Positions 52,872 to 64,000 of a stretch of DNA of 64,000 nucleotides are shown one piece after another (position 1 is the stretch's first letter; each line of letters opens with the position of its first letter). The notes under the pieces were generated by a model. It was not told the origin of the DNA. It saw only the letters and a program-made list of their open reading frames with translations, and searched no databases. The stretch is from contig CM022678.1 of the NCBI GenBank assembly GCA_012295275.1, positions 2,294,001 to 2,358,000 of the forward strand. Direction: 5' to 3'. The translations under genes and the position numbers were made by a program. This DNA is from Chrysomallon squamiferum. Lineage: Eukaryota > Animalia > Mollusca.

Positions 52872-54169
52872 TTTTAAATATCTTATTTTAATATTTATTT
52901 GATTTTGCTTCATTCTATTTTATTTTTTATTTTATTTATAGTTTTATTATTATTACTGTATTATATTATTATTATTGTTATTGTTTTTATTATTATTATT
53001 TTATTTTTTTCGACGACATTGTTAAATATTTCAATGAACAAAAGGATCAATGAAAATGATGTTGGAAAAAATATAAACTAATCAAAAAGTTACAATGAAA
53101 TGTTAACAAACTAACAATAAATTTGTACACGCATTTTAAAATGGTCTCTAGATCTGTTGACATTAATTCTAGATGTAGATATTTATCACATTACTTTTGA
53201 TTTTCTTGTTTAGTTCATGCATGGAACAAACATAGTTGTTAAAGACTTGGAAATTAAAACAACTGGAAAATGTGATCCTGTCTTTGTATACTGATGTAGA
53301 TATTAATACTCTAGTAGACTATTTCTGTTACTTTATTTCAGATACATCAACAACATACACATAATACATTTCAACAAAGATATTGAATATTTATTTATTA
53401 ATTTACGTATAACAACGATAACAGCATAAATGTAATAAAGTTCAATGAAAATAATGTTGAATATTTGAATATAATAATGACAACAACATAAATGCAATAC
53501 TGTTCAATACAAAATATTGAATGTTTATTTAATGGTTTACATACAATGATGAATGCTATTGATGGTTATTTAAATTGTTTTGACAAACTAAATATTTATG
53601 CCCTTGTTTTGTAAATCAAATAAATAAATCTTTTATTTTTGTTTTTATTCGTCTTTTTTGTTGTATGTTTTTAATTGTGTGACCCATGCATATTTGTTAA
53701 TATTTATGTATGAGAATGTATGTGTTTTGAATATGTCTATGGATTTGGATAAGATCATTTTTTAAAAATATATCCGTACATGTTGTTTGTGTTCGTTTTT
53801 TTTTTCTTAATTATTTTTTTTTCATTTCTCTTCATTATCTGTGATTTTCTTTTTCACACTTACATTGCACATTAGGGTGGTTTTATTCTTGTACGGACAT
53901 TTGTTATAATTACTTCTGTGTTTTATTACTTTTCTTTACATCAGTACACTTTCCAGCAATCTTACCGAATTTAAATTTTATAAATATATTTAAATACATC
54001 AGTTGTTTAATCACGTATTATGGTTAAACGATTAGTATTGATTTACAACAATACACGCATTTTCAATAATACGCATACAAACATTCTCACTTTTTGTAAA
54101 TGCAGTCACTGTTGACTGTTTATTTAAAATTTAACAGTCAAACATTTCAGTGGCGTTCCCAGGGAGATC

Positions 54170-54200
54170 CGAACTTGGCTTTCGTTTCAGTTTTCATTTA
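54170..54200 (+). promoter_or_regulatory. ISRE-like motif at the start of paralogous locus 2
   Basis: aacttggctttcgtttcagttttcattta matches 14612-14640; the following 300 bp are colinear with 14640-14930. Confidence 0.5.
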
Positions 54201-55860
54201 ATAGTAATTATGAACTAATAAAATTACAATATTTCTCTTTTACCTAATTAATTTTTTGCATTGTTGTATTTGTTCGTAACTGTTAATGCCCGCATTGATA
54301 ATACAGGAAAACATTAGATATCCAAACAAACGGTATATTTTAAGTGGGTATGCAGGAAGTAGGCCTGACTCTGTGACTGTTTTTTTTCTGCATTGCGCAC
54401 CAGTGGCTGCCTTTTTGTTGTATTGACTGGCTGTTGTTTTAGAAAGATGGTATCTGTAAGGGTTCAGCCATCTCATAAAGCAGACGATGGAGGCCGAAAT
54501 AATTTTGTAAATGTTTGAGAATGAAATCTTTATTATTAAAACTTAATGTTTTCGCTCTAGTTAACTTTTCAAGTAAACAAGTTTGAACCTCGATTTCTGG
54601 TCCAAGCCGCAGCCCGGTTTATATTTTACATGACCCACATGATTTAAAACGGTGCGATGTTGCTAAGTGTTGCATCAGAGAACAAGAATGTAAACTTTCT
54701 TATTATTTTTTATCTGGATAAACATTAAAATTTACTTTGATTCCTTACAATAATTCTATTTTTCACTGAATAAAACAATTATTAAAAAGTAAAGATGATC
54801 ATAAATTATTGTAATCACTGTAGCATGTACCAACATCAATTTAACTCGTAACGGCACAAATTACGTCACCGGAACAAAATGGGTGCAAACTACACCTGAA
54901 TAAAAAATAACCCAGTTTAAAAAGTTTGATTAAGTTGAACAAGTAGTTACGAAAGGCGCAGGACATCATGGTTAGGTAATGTGAACAACCATCCTTATCT
55001 TTATCAGTGAAAATCATAAAAAGTTCAGAAAATAGATGTAAAATAAGCCAAGATGGCAGCGTCGAACGCCGATCAGGGTTTACAAACTTTTAAACGTATT
55101 CCTTCATAATGCAATCAATTCTACATGGATTATTAAAAGTAATTTGGGGAAATATAATCAATACCTCGTATACAAAAATATCTGTTAATGAGTAGAAATT
55201 GCAACAAAGGACGAAACGGTTTTTTTTGGGGTTTTTTTTGTTAACTTTGATGTCATACCATCAGATATTATTACACGTCGCCAGCCCCCCCAAAATAAAT
55301 AAATAATAATAATAAAAAAGAAGTAAAAAAAATAATATGAAGATGACAATTTTCATTAGGCACCATAATGTGGACACGTTACTCTGCTGAAACTCCATAG
55401 CAGACAGCTCTGAGTACATAGTTCTAAAACGATACTTGAAACCATAATAATTTTAAAAAATGTTTGTTTTTTAATATTTATTTCCATTTTCAGTGCATTA
55501 GAGGTGGTATTTACATGTAAAAAGCAAATTGATCACGTGTTACTTGAATCATTGCCGTGATACATTCATTATAATGCATGATACCAGTTTTACAACAGAA
55601 AACTGAAATAAAACAAAATAAAAATAAAAATAATAAAATGTAAAGGTCCATCAATTGGCCATATACAAAAATTAGTTAAAATTTCAGTCTTTTTCATTAA
55701 AACAAAAAGCATTCAATTTCTAAAAAATACTATTATGAATAGAAGTAATGAGTTTCCAATTTTTATTTTTTAAAAATCATTGGTCCAATTACTACAGAAT
55801 GATTTTTAAAAGCTTAAACAACTTTTGAACATCTTTAACAATTTTATATTATTATTATTA

Positions 55861-55921
<61 letters not shown>

Positions 55922-58472
55922 CATTATTATTGTATAATATCACATTTTTCAGTAATAGAATTAATTTCATCCCATCACAAAAGTAATAAACTTTTTATGA
56001 TTTCAGGCATTGTTAACCCAGTGTAAAGTTAAGGTCCAGTCCACTAAACAGTTAACAAGAATTCACATATCAAAAACAAAAGAACAAGTTGCATAAACAC
56101 TTAACATCTTTTATTTTATGAAAGTTAAATAAAAACATTAAATTTTGTTCAGTCCACTGAAACAAATTCCAAGTTGGTTTGTATGAAGTCAGAGTTCATG
56201 AATTATTTTATGCTTTCAACATATTTTAAAAGTAAAAGTTAACAGATCCCAGAATATTTCTCATTGACTGATGACTTCTTGCACAAGAACGAGCGAATGA
56301 ATGCAAAAGAATGAAAGTACGATTTCTTGCCATGTACAAACTACAGGTTGTTTTCTATATATATATATATATTTTTATAATAAATTGTTTACAAATAATT
56401 TCTTTAAGCATTTAAAAGATGCTTTCTCTAATTAAATATACATGTATTTAGTAATACAAGAAATTATTTGTAAAACCAATTAACATTATGTAAAGGTATT
56501 AAAATTTGAATACTGTATTATTTACAGATGTTTATAAAGATGATAGCTGCCAACCACAGCAGAGATGTACATTAACATGAAATCATGAAGTGATCAAAAT
56601 TTGGAATTTAGAATGTAGCAGACTATTGAAAGCTGGAGGCTACAAATTCTCAAAGTGTATTTATACAAACGGGCAATGAAGAAAAAATGTACAACTTGTG
56701 ACAGCATCAACCTGATTTGAAGTATTTCTCACTATTTTATAATTATTTGTTCCAAACACTAAAAGTTAACCAAGTTCATATGTTGTATTAAATAAATAAT
56801 GCATTTTAAAGAATTTTTAATTTTTAAATCTAATTGAATACAAGTAAATATGAATAGTTAGAATTGAAAGTATGGTCTGCTGATAAACTCAATGTTAAAT
56901 TATCTATGTGTTTAAACTGCTTTAAATTTATTGTAATATTTGCCTGGAAAAATGGGAATATTTTACTATGATTTATAAAACAAGTGTTACAAAGGCTGGT
57001 AAATAAGCTGAGAAAAACGAATTAGTTTTTTAACAGCAAGTAATTGGCAATAAGAAAATGAAACAAATGTGAAAAATGGAACAATTAGATTTTTTTTACA
57101 TCACAGTATTATCACATAATAACATGTTTCTTTGAGTCTCAGATTAAATCTGTGGTTAAAGGTCCAATAACAAGAAAACTGCTACATGTTCTGTGTGACT
57201 GACTACACTGTCTCTCTCCTCTCTGTATTTACATTTTTATTTTTATGGAAGTGATAGTTACTGTGACTCCAAAATGCCCAAAATGTGCTTCAGTGATACA
57301 TGACTGGCCAAGGCAGAATTGTTAAAGCTTTGTTTTGCACTCTGTCAAACTGTTAAGTTAAATATTAATGGTTTTTATGTGAGTGTACTGCAGTTTGAGA
57401 AAAACATGATGCACTGAACTGTCACAGTGAAATCAGTTGTAACTGTCATTCAGAAACATGGAACATCATTCTTTTGTTAATCATCACAAAGTTGTAATTA
57501 CTTGTCACATGTTGTCATCGTCTGTATTTTCTCCAGGTGTATTTTTATGACATTTCCATTTGTATCATTTATATCACATGATTTACTATGGTAACAGTAT
57601 AATTAAAACTATTCAGATATTATATATACATTTATTTTGTTTATATAATTTAATGCAAATGACAAAACTAATAATATAATTTAATTCTTTCTAACTGTTC
57701 TGATAATTATTATATTTACTACAAAACTGATATATATCTTAGCACAACTATTGTGATAATTTTATTTACTACAAACCTATGATATAATTTAGAATAACTA
57801 TTGTGATAATTATTACATTTCTTCAAAACTAAGGTTTAAGTTAATATAGCTATTCTAATAGTTATTATATTTACAATAAACTACAGTATATCTGTATGAC
57901 TATTGTGATAATTATTTTATAGATATAATTTAGTACTGCAACTGACAAAACATCCTACAAATGCTTTGTGATAATTATTAGTTAATTGTTATAAAATATT
58001 TTGAATGAACTGATTTGAATATGATGTAAGAGTAATTAGTTACAACAATATTAAGTTTTCGCTTTAGCAGTATTGTGATAATTATGATTTCATGAGTATT
58101 TTTATATAATAATCTAACATCAGTATTTACAAAATGAGGACATTTATTAAAACAATTCTCATTTCATTATTTAAAATACTTTCAAGAATATATTTATGGA
58201 ATAAAAGTTGAGAATGCAGTTTGAGCTGTTTTCATTTAGGCAGAGCTGAATGACATATCAAATAGTATGCACTGTCTGTGGGTAGGTGTAAATGAAATAT
58301 CACTTGTTGTTAATAAGAAAGAATAGCCTATGAAGTGACAGCAGCGGATTTCTTCTTTTGTTATCTCAATGTTCCTTAATCTTATGTCTCTTCTGATATA
58401 AATAAAAAGAATTAGATAATTAAAAAAAAATGTTCCTCCTTTTATATTAAAAATTATATTATTTTTTTACAG

Positions 58473-58690
58473 CTCAGCCAATATGGATAACAAAAACGAG
58501 AGTTCAGAAGTTTCTTCTAACAATGCAGAATCTGTGACAGCTGTTTCTTCTGCAGAGTCTGTGACAGCTGATTCTTCTGCAGAGTCTGATCTAACAGGAT
58601 TATTACAAATTCTGCAACAATTGTCTGAGAAATTTGTTGATGTAAATACTAAAAACAATACAGGTGAAACTCCTTTTTGCAGCAATTGTG
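58473..58690 (+). CDS. Locus 2 start exon (ATG 58483): Ser/Ala/Glu-rich repeats plus a partial ankyrin fragment
   Basis: tttttttacag| acceptor; MDNKNESSEVSSNNAESVTAVSSAESVTADSSAESDLTGLLQILQQLSEKFVDVNTKNNTGETPFCSNC; TGTG|gtaata donor (phase 1), conserved in the duplicate at 63174. Confidence 0.6.
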
Positions 58691-59074
58691 GTAATACATA
58701 CAGTATTTCAATATACTGTTTAATTTTTTATAGGAAATTATAAAGAGTCAACATTATTTTTATATTTGTAATATTAGAATATTTGAATGTATTGTTTACT
58801 TTACTGATAGGCAAAAAAGAAAAGTGACACTTTCTTATTTACACTGATAATGAATTAACAATTTAAAGTCTTTATGACCTTTTTGTTTAACAGATTAAAA
58901 CATTTCCAATACAGTTTTTAAAACATATATTATATACACACAGCAATACAGTTGACAGATAACATATAGTATTAATACTGTATGCTACCATAGTTCTACA
59001 TGTAGTTAAAACATTTTTAGAAATAACATTTGCAAGATGTGAATTTTGATGATTTAATTTTCTCTGCTTTGCAG

Positions 59075-59152
59075 GTCCTGCAGCACCAGTTATTAATATA
59101 AATGTGTCTAATTGTGGAACAGTTGTGTTAGGAGATAACACTAACATAACTA
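59075..59152 (+). CDS. Locus 2 RHIM-like exon (GPAAPVININVSNCGTVVLGDNTNIT)
   Basis: ttttctctgctttgcag|...78 nt...ACTA|gtaagt; phase 1-1; alternating hydrophobic/Asn strand followed by VVLG-DN, a RHIM/cRHIM-like layout. Confidence 0.75.
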
Positions 59153-60243
59153 GTAAGTTAATAACTGAAGCATATTTAGTAGATATCAGAACTACACATT
59201 ACAGTAGTCATTAGTAGTTTTCTGTCAGACACTTTGACCTGAACAATATAGACACATGTGACCCACTGTAACTAAATGATATCCTGAGTAATAGATCATT
59301 TGTTTATTTTTGGAAATTTTTGATATTGATGTCACTCAATAATCACAACAAACAAAATATCCTAGCAACCAACAATAGCTAGCTGAAGAGATATTTTCAT
59401 GAAACATTTGTGAATTTGTTTTTTTAGTTAGTTATTGTTTTTTTTTGTTTTTTTTTGTTTACCGAATTTAAAAAATATTTTTATAACCATTATAGCAGGG
59501 TTAGAAATATGAAACATGTTCAGATGCTAAAAGGCATGGTCAGTGACAGATAAAAAACAACCTGTAGAAAAAATACTTAGTACAAGTATCAAATGTCACT
59601 GACTGTCTGAAGCACACTATTTCAATTCATATTTCAGAGTTATAACTAAACATAGATGTATATGGGAATATGTTTTTGTAAACTAGGTGGAGGTTTTATC
59701 CTGTTTTGGTGCACATTCTTACTGGATGTAACCTAAAACAGCAGTGAACTACACAAGTAAAACCTAATTAACAGACAAGTTGACATCACCAAGCTCACTT
59801 AGTAATTGTTTACAAGTCATTTTACTGTAGTGCTGACTTTCTAGCAACTACATAGCTAAATTACTTATCTTTCATTAAATCTAACACAGACTAAACGTCT
59901 TGATACCCATTAATGTTACCCAGAATACAAAGCCCGGTTGTGACCTTTCTCAACCAATAACCAATGCACTATCCAATGATTCTTTGATGCAGTAAATCTT
60001 ATCTGAGTTGTTTTTAACAAGGCCGTTTATTCACAACCAGCTCTTAAAAAAACATGCCTGCTTTAGCAATAGCTGGTGACATATGTAAAAACATGCACCT
60101 ATAAACATACACACACATAAACAAATTGTGTTGTATGTTGATATAATTGAGTAAAACATTTTTGATACTACGTATAGATATAGAGTTTTAGAAATAACAC
60201 TTGTAGGCTGTAAATTTAAATAATATATTTTTCTATGTGGCAG

Positions 60244-60324
60244 AACATAATGTAAATATGAGCACAGATAAAAATCTACCAAGTAACAGAAATATTGTAT
60301 CAGAAGATGAAGCTGTGGAAACCA
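60244..60324 (+). CDS. Locus 2 81-nt phase 1-1 exon (xHNVNMSTDKNLPSNRNIVSEDEAVET), linker or diverged cassette
   Basis: tttttctatgtggcag|...ACCA|gtaagttaaaacctgaaa; same downstream intron landmarks as the RHIM exons; open frame. Confidence 0.6.
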
Positions 60325-62059
60325 GTAAGTTAAAACCTGAAACCTATTTAATAGATAACAGAACTATATGTCACATTAATCATTAGTATTTTACCATCAA
60401 ACACTATGACCAACACGTGTCAACACAGACATAACACACACACACTTACATACATACATACATATGTCTACCCACTACCAAGGGTGCACAAATGAGGTTT
60501 GCTCAAAACCGTCCTTTCATAGCTCATTTTCAATTCGTCCACATTTTGTGCTCTGCTGAATGACAATTTGCTCATGGTTGAAATTAAACCACCATTCACT
60601 ACATCAACACCACTGGCCACTGAGTGACATTCTTTGGTGTTCAGTCTTGCTGCACTGCTACTTGAACAACGTCAGTGCTGCAGAGGTTAACCCAATAAAA
60701 CCAAAACCTTGTTCTTTAAGAATCTGTAAAAATGAGATCAACATTAATATTTTTGATACAAGTAATATCATTTTTATCTTTGAGTGAGGGGAGTAAAAGA
60801 AATGAAAAAATATTTTAATTGGTTTTACCTGTTCGGAAATAGCTGTCCGATCTATGTGTGCAGGGCTGGGAATCACGGCATTTTGTTTCATTTGCAATAT
60901 TCTCGTTTCTTTAATTTAACAATTTCAAAAATTTACTAATTATTCCTTTCAAATTATCAAAGCAATATTAATTATCCAGAACACTTCCGACTTTTATTTA
61001 TGAATCTAAATAAATTACACTTTATTAAAAGAAAAACAGAAAGAAAGAAACTTTATATTACTGTATTAATTTATTGCAGTCATAGTCCTTAGTATATATG
61101 TATTAATACCCATTTATAAACTATAATACATAATTTTTAAATAGTGTTACAGAAAAGAAAGTGATTATGCAAATATTTTTTGGGTTATGTAGAATTTACA
61201 CACACACATACACAGACACATATGAACATATAAATAAACACACAGACATTCACACATACATACATATTCAGGCATAGCATAAGTTCTGACTGAGATTTTC
61301 TTCTTAAACTTGATCTAGCTCAACATAACTTAAACATGACTATATATGCATGTCATTATTATCACCTGTAAATACTAAATATACTGCAAAGCATACATAA
61401 CAACAACAATAACAACAACAATAATAATAACAATAACAACAGCAACAATAAACAGTGGGGCATCTAAGGCACTCACAAGCGACCTGTAATTAACACCATC
61501 GTCACGTAACCAAATTAGAACCCTTTATTGGGCATAACACTCTTCCTCCAAAATAACACTAACTATACATAGGAAACTCCCTGTATCGGGTAGATAGCTA
61601 CCCAATTTGACTTGACTCTAAGGCCATATATGTATTTATATTTAATGTTAAATCATTAGAAACACAAAAACAGAAGTTTGGATTAAAGAATATATGATCT
61701 AATAATAGTTCTTTACCAAGTAAGCTTACAATGTCTGCACAGCCGATTGCAAACAGTTTTACGCCACAAAATTCACATACATGAACATATGAGAGATATT
61801 TAATATGTTTAAACTAGGAAAGCCCAAGATGTATTTGAAGATGCTAGTACATCAAACTAATGTTCTGTTTAGCAGGACTTTGACGTGACAGTCAGTTAAC
61901 TATAACACCCCTGTGGTATCTATGTTTACAATTACTGATGATCAGTGTTGATCTCAGATACCCACTATTCTCACCCACTGTTTTAGAGATAACAGTCTAC
62001 AGTTACTGTGATCAGTCTGATCTCAGATTACCAGCTGTGCTCCAAAATAATGGTTATAC

Positions 62060-62110
62060 CAGTGATTCTCAACCAGTGTGCTACGGCAAGTGATTCTCAA
62101 CCAGTGTGCC
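62060..62110. mobile_element. Doubled hAT-like terminal fragment (CAGTGATTCTCAACCAGTGTGC x2)
   Basis: Resembles the CAGTG.TTCTCAACC ends of Charlie-type elements; lies at a duplication breakpoint. Confidence 0.45.
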
Positions 62111-62967
62111 TTAAACTTTTGTAGAAAAACAGTTTGAGAAAAAACACTGAGATACGATTTACTGGCCTGTCACAGTTGTAACTGTCATTCAGAAACATGG
62201 AACATCATTCTGTTGTTAATCATCACAAAGTTGTAATAACTTGTCACATGTTTTCACTCATTATTTCAGTGCTTAAATTTTCTCCATGTGTATATTTGTG
62301 ACATTTCCATTTGTATTGTTTATATCATGTTTATATTGTTTATATATTTTGGGATCAATTCCTCCTACATTAATTTGAGTAAGAGTATAATTACAACTAT
62401 TCAGATATTATCTATACATTTATATTGTTTATATAACAAAATTTAGTAATAGCATTAAGTTTAAGTTATTCTGATATTACTAGTGTTAATCCTATATTAT
62501 TTAACTCGCCCAACTGTGATTGTTCTACATGTTTTAACATTATTTGCAATTTGTGATGGTTTTCAAAGAAAAACAGAAAGATTTAAATTCGAACATTTTC
62601 AGTATGATAAAATTTGAGAAGAGAGTCTATAAGATTAAAACTAGTATTAATACAAGGAACTAGATGTAGGTCTCTAGAAGAGTATGCAAGATTTAGGAGG
62701 TTTTGGGATCAATTCCTCCTGATAGAATCTTGAGCTGTTTCTATTTTAGCAGTGCAGAACAACTGAGTTATGAAATAGTACTGTCTGTGGGTAGGTATAA
62801 ATGTAATAAGAAATAGTGGACTGTGAAGTGACAACACAGGGTTTTTTCTTGTATTATCTGAATGTTCCTTAATCTTATGTCTAACCTCATAAATAAAAAA
62901 TTCTTCCTTCTGTTAAAAAAACAACAAAACAAAATAATAACCCAAATCCTTATATTACTTTTTACAG

Positions 62968-63174
62968 CTCAACCAATACAGATGACAAAAAAGAGTTCAA
63001 AAATTCTTTCTAGCATCACAGCCGAGTCTTCCTCAGACAACATCACAGCTGAGTCTTCCTCTGACAACATCACAACTGAGTCTTCCATTGACATCACAGC
63101 TGAGTCTTCCTCAGACAACATCACAACTGAGTCTTCCTCGGACAACATCAATCCTAGAGTAATTTTTAATTATG
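62968..63174 (+). CDS. Duplicate Ser-rich exon (ITAESSSDN repeats), 207 nt, phase 1-1
   Basis: tttttacag|CTCAACCAATACAG...TATG|gtaata; homologous to 58473-58690; about five 24-27-bp coding repeats; open frame. Confidence 0.55.
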
Positions 63175-63757
63175 GTAATACATAGAGCATTTCAATATAT
63201 TATTTTCTTTATTGATTGGAAACTCTAAGCAGAATTATTATTTGTATCTGTTCCAATGCAGTTTTTCAATATATTGTTTTGATGGGCAATTCTAATCTGA
63301 CAAAATTATTATTTATATCTGTAACTGTCTTATATTGTTTACTTTTCTAAAAAGATTATTTGTAAACTGACATTTTTTCTGATTTAAACTGATAATAAAT
63401 TAACAACTGAAAAGGTTTCATGTACTCTCTTACAGGCAAACGTAGCAAAAAAAAAAAAAAAAAAAAAAAAAATATTTATTATTTATTGTTTCATCATAAC
63501 TATTATAATTATTCTTGTGTTGACCATTATTTATTTTAATGTTGTAAAGCAATGCTCACATCAAGTGTTATCTATGTATAATTAGTTAGCATTACTAAAG
63601 ACAGTTGTTAAAACATATATTGCTATATTATGTAATACTGTTCACACAGACTGTATTATACTGTATGCTGCCATATCTCTATAGATAGATAAAAATTTTC
63701 TATATTCTTAGAAATCATGCACTGAAGTTACAGAAATGTTTTTACTCTGTTTCACAG

Positions 63758-63820
63758 AACCAACGGTGATAAATAACATTAGCAGTCAGATTTGTCAATT
63801 CGGACATGACAATACAGCCA
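63758..63820 (+). CDS. RHIM-like exon (EPTVINNISSQICQFGHDNTA)
   Basis: tttttactctgtttcacag|...63 nt...GCCA|gtaagt; phase 1-1; CQFG core; same length and flanks as the locus-1 cassettes. Confidence 0.72.
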
Positions 63821-64000
63821 GTAAGTTAAAGACTGACATTTTTTTCTGATTTAAACTGATAATAAATTAACAACTGAAAAGGTTTCATGTACTCTCTTAC
63901 AGGCAAACGTAGCAAAAATAATAAATTTAAAAAATAGACTAATTATTGTTTCATCATAACTACTATAATTATTCTTGTGTTGACCATTATTTATTTTAAT

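Larger units (their letters stand above)
54170..62060 (+). repeat. Paralogous duplication of the 5' region of the STAND-ANK gene (about 14610-20210)
   Basis: Colinear homologous blocks: 14610-14930 ~ 54170-54490; 15800-16050 ~ 56720-56990; 16425-16500 ~ 57275-57340; 19250-20210 ~ 61130-62060. Confidence 0.85.

Noticed and set aside
54655-56710. About 2-kb insertion in locus 2 relative to locus 1, possible DNA transposon
   Set aside because: No convincing TIRs, TSD or coding remnant could be read, so it was left unclassified.

Overview
AT-rich, microsatellite-dense, intron-containing animal genomic DNA; a mollusc or gastropod origin is inferred from the protein family and repeat landscape, not proven. 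There is a 200-N gap at 42081-42280. The main gene is an NLR-like receptor: one 5.8-kb exon (21576-27343) encodes a STAND P-loop NTPase of the nSTAND3 type followed by about 25-30 highly self-similar ankyrin repeats. The ORF track misses its N-terminus. Reading splice signals directly reveals a tandem array of about 63-nt phase-1 cassette exons upstream (17843, 18268, 18735, 19060), each encoding a RHIM-like amyloid motif (FQLG, TEIS, AQIG, LQIG cores), plus a 33-nt phase-1 linker exon (21271-21303) that splices in frame into the NTPase exon. A paralogous locus (about 54170 to the window end) has a Ser-rich start exon and further RHIM-like exons (VVLG, CQFG), still being tandemly duplicated at the window edge. 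Repeated promoter or first-exon modules carry ISRE/IRF-like motifs. Between the two loci is a segmental duplication of roughly 8.5-10 kb holding two complementary broken FAM167-family copies, 57-bp satellites and transposon remnants. Best candidate new system: an animal RHIM(amyloid)-nSTAND3-ankyrin receptor family with exon-shuffled, variable amyloid signalling motifs, architecturally parallel to fungal and bacterial amyloid-signalling NLRs.
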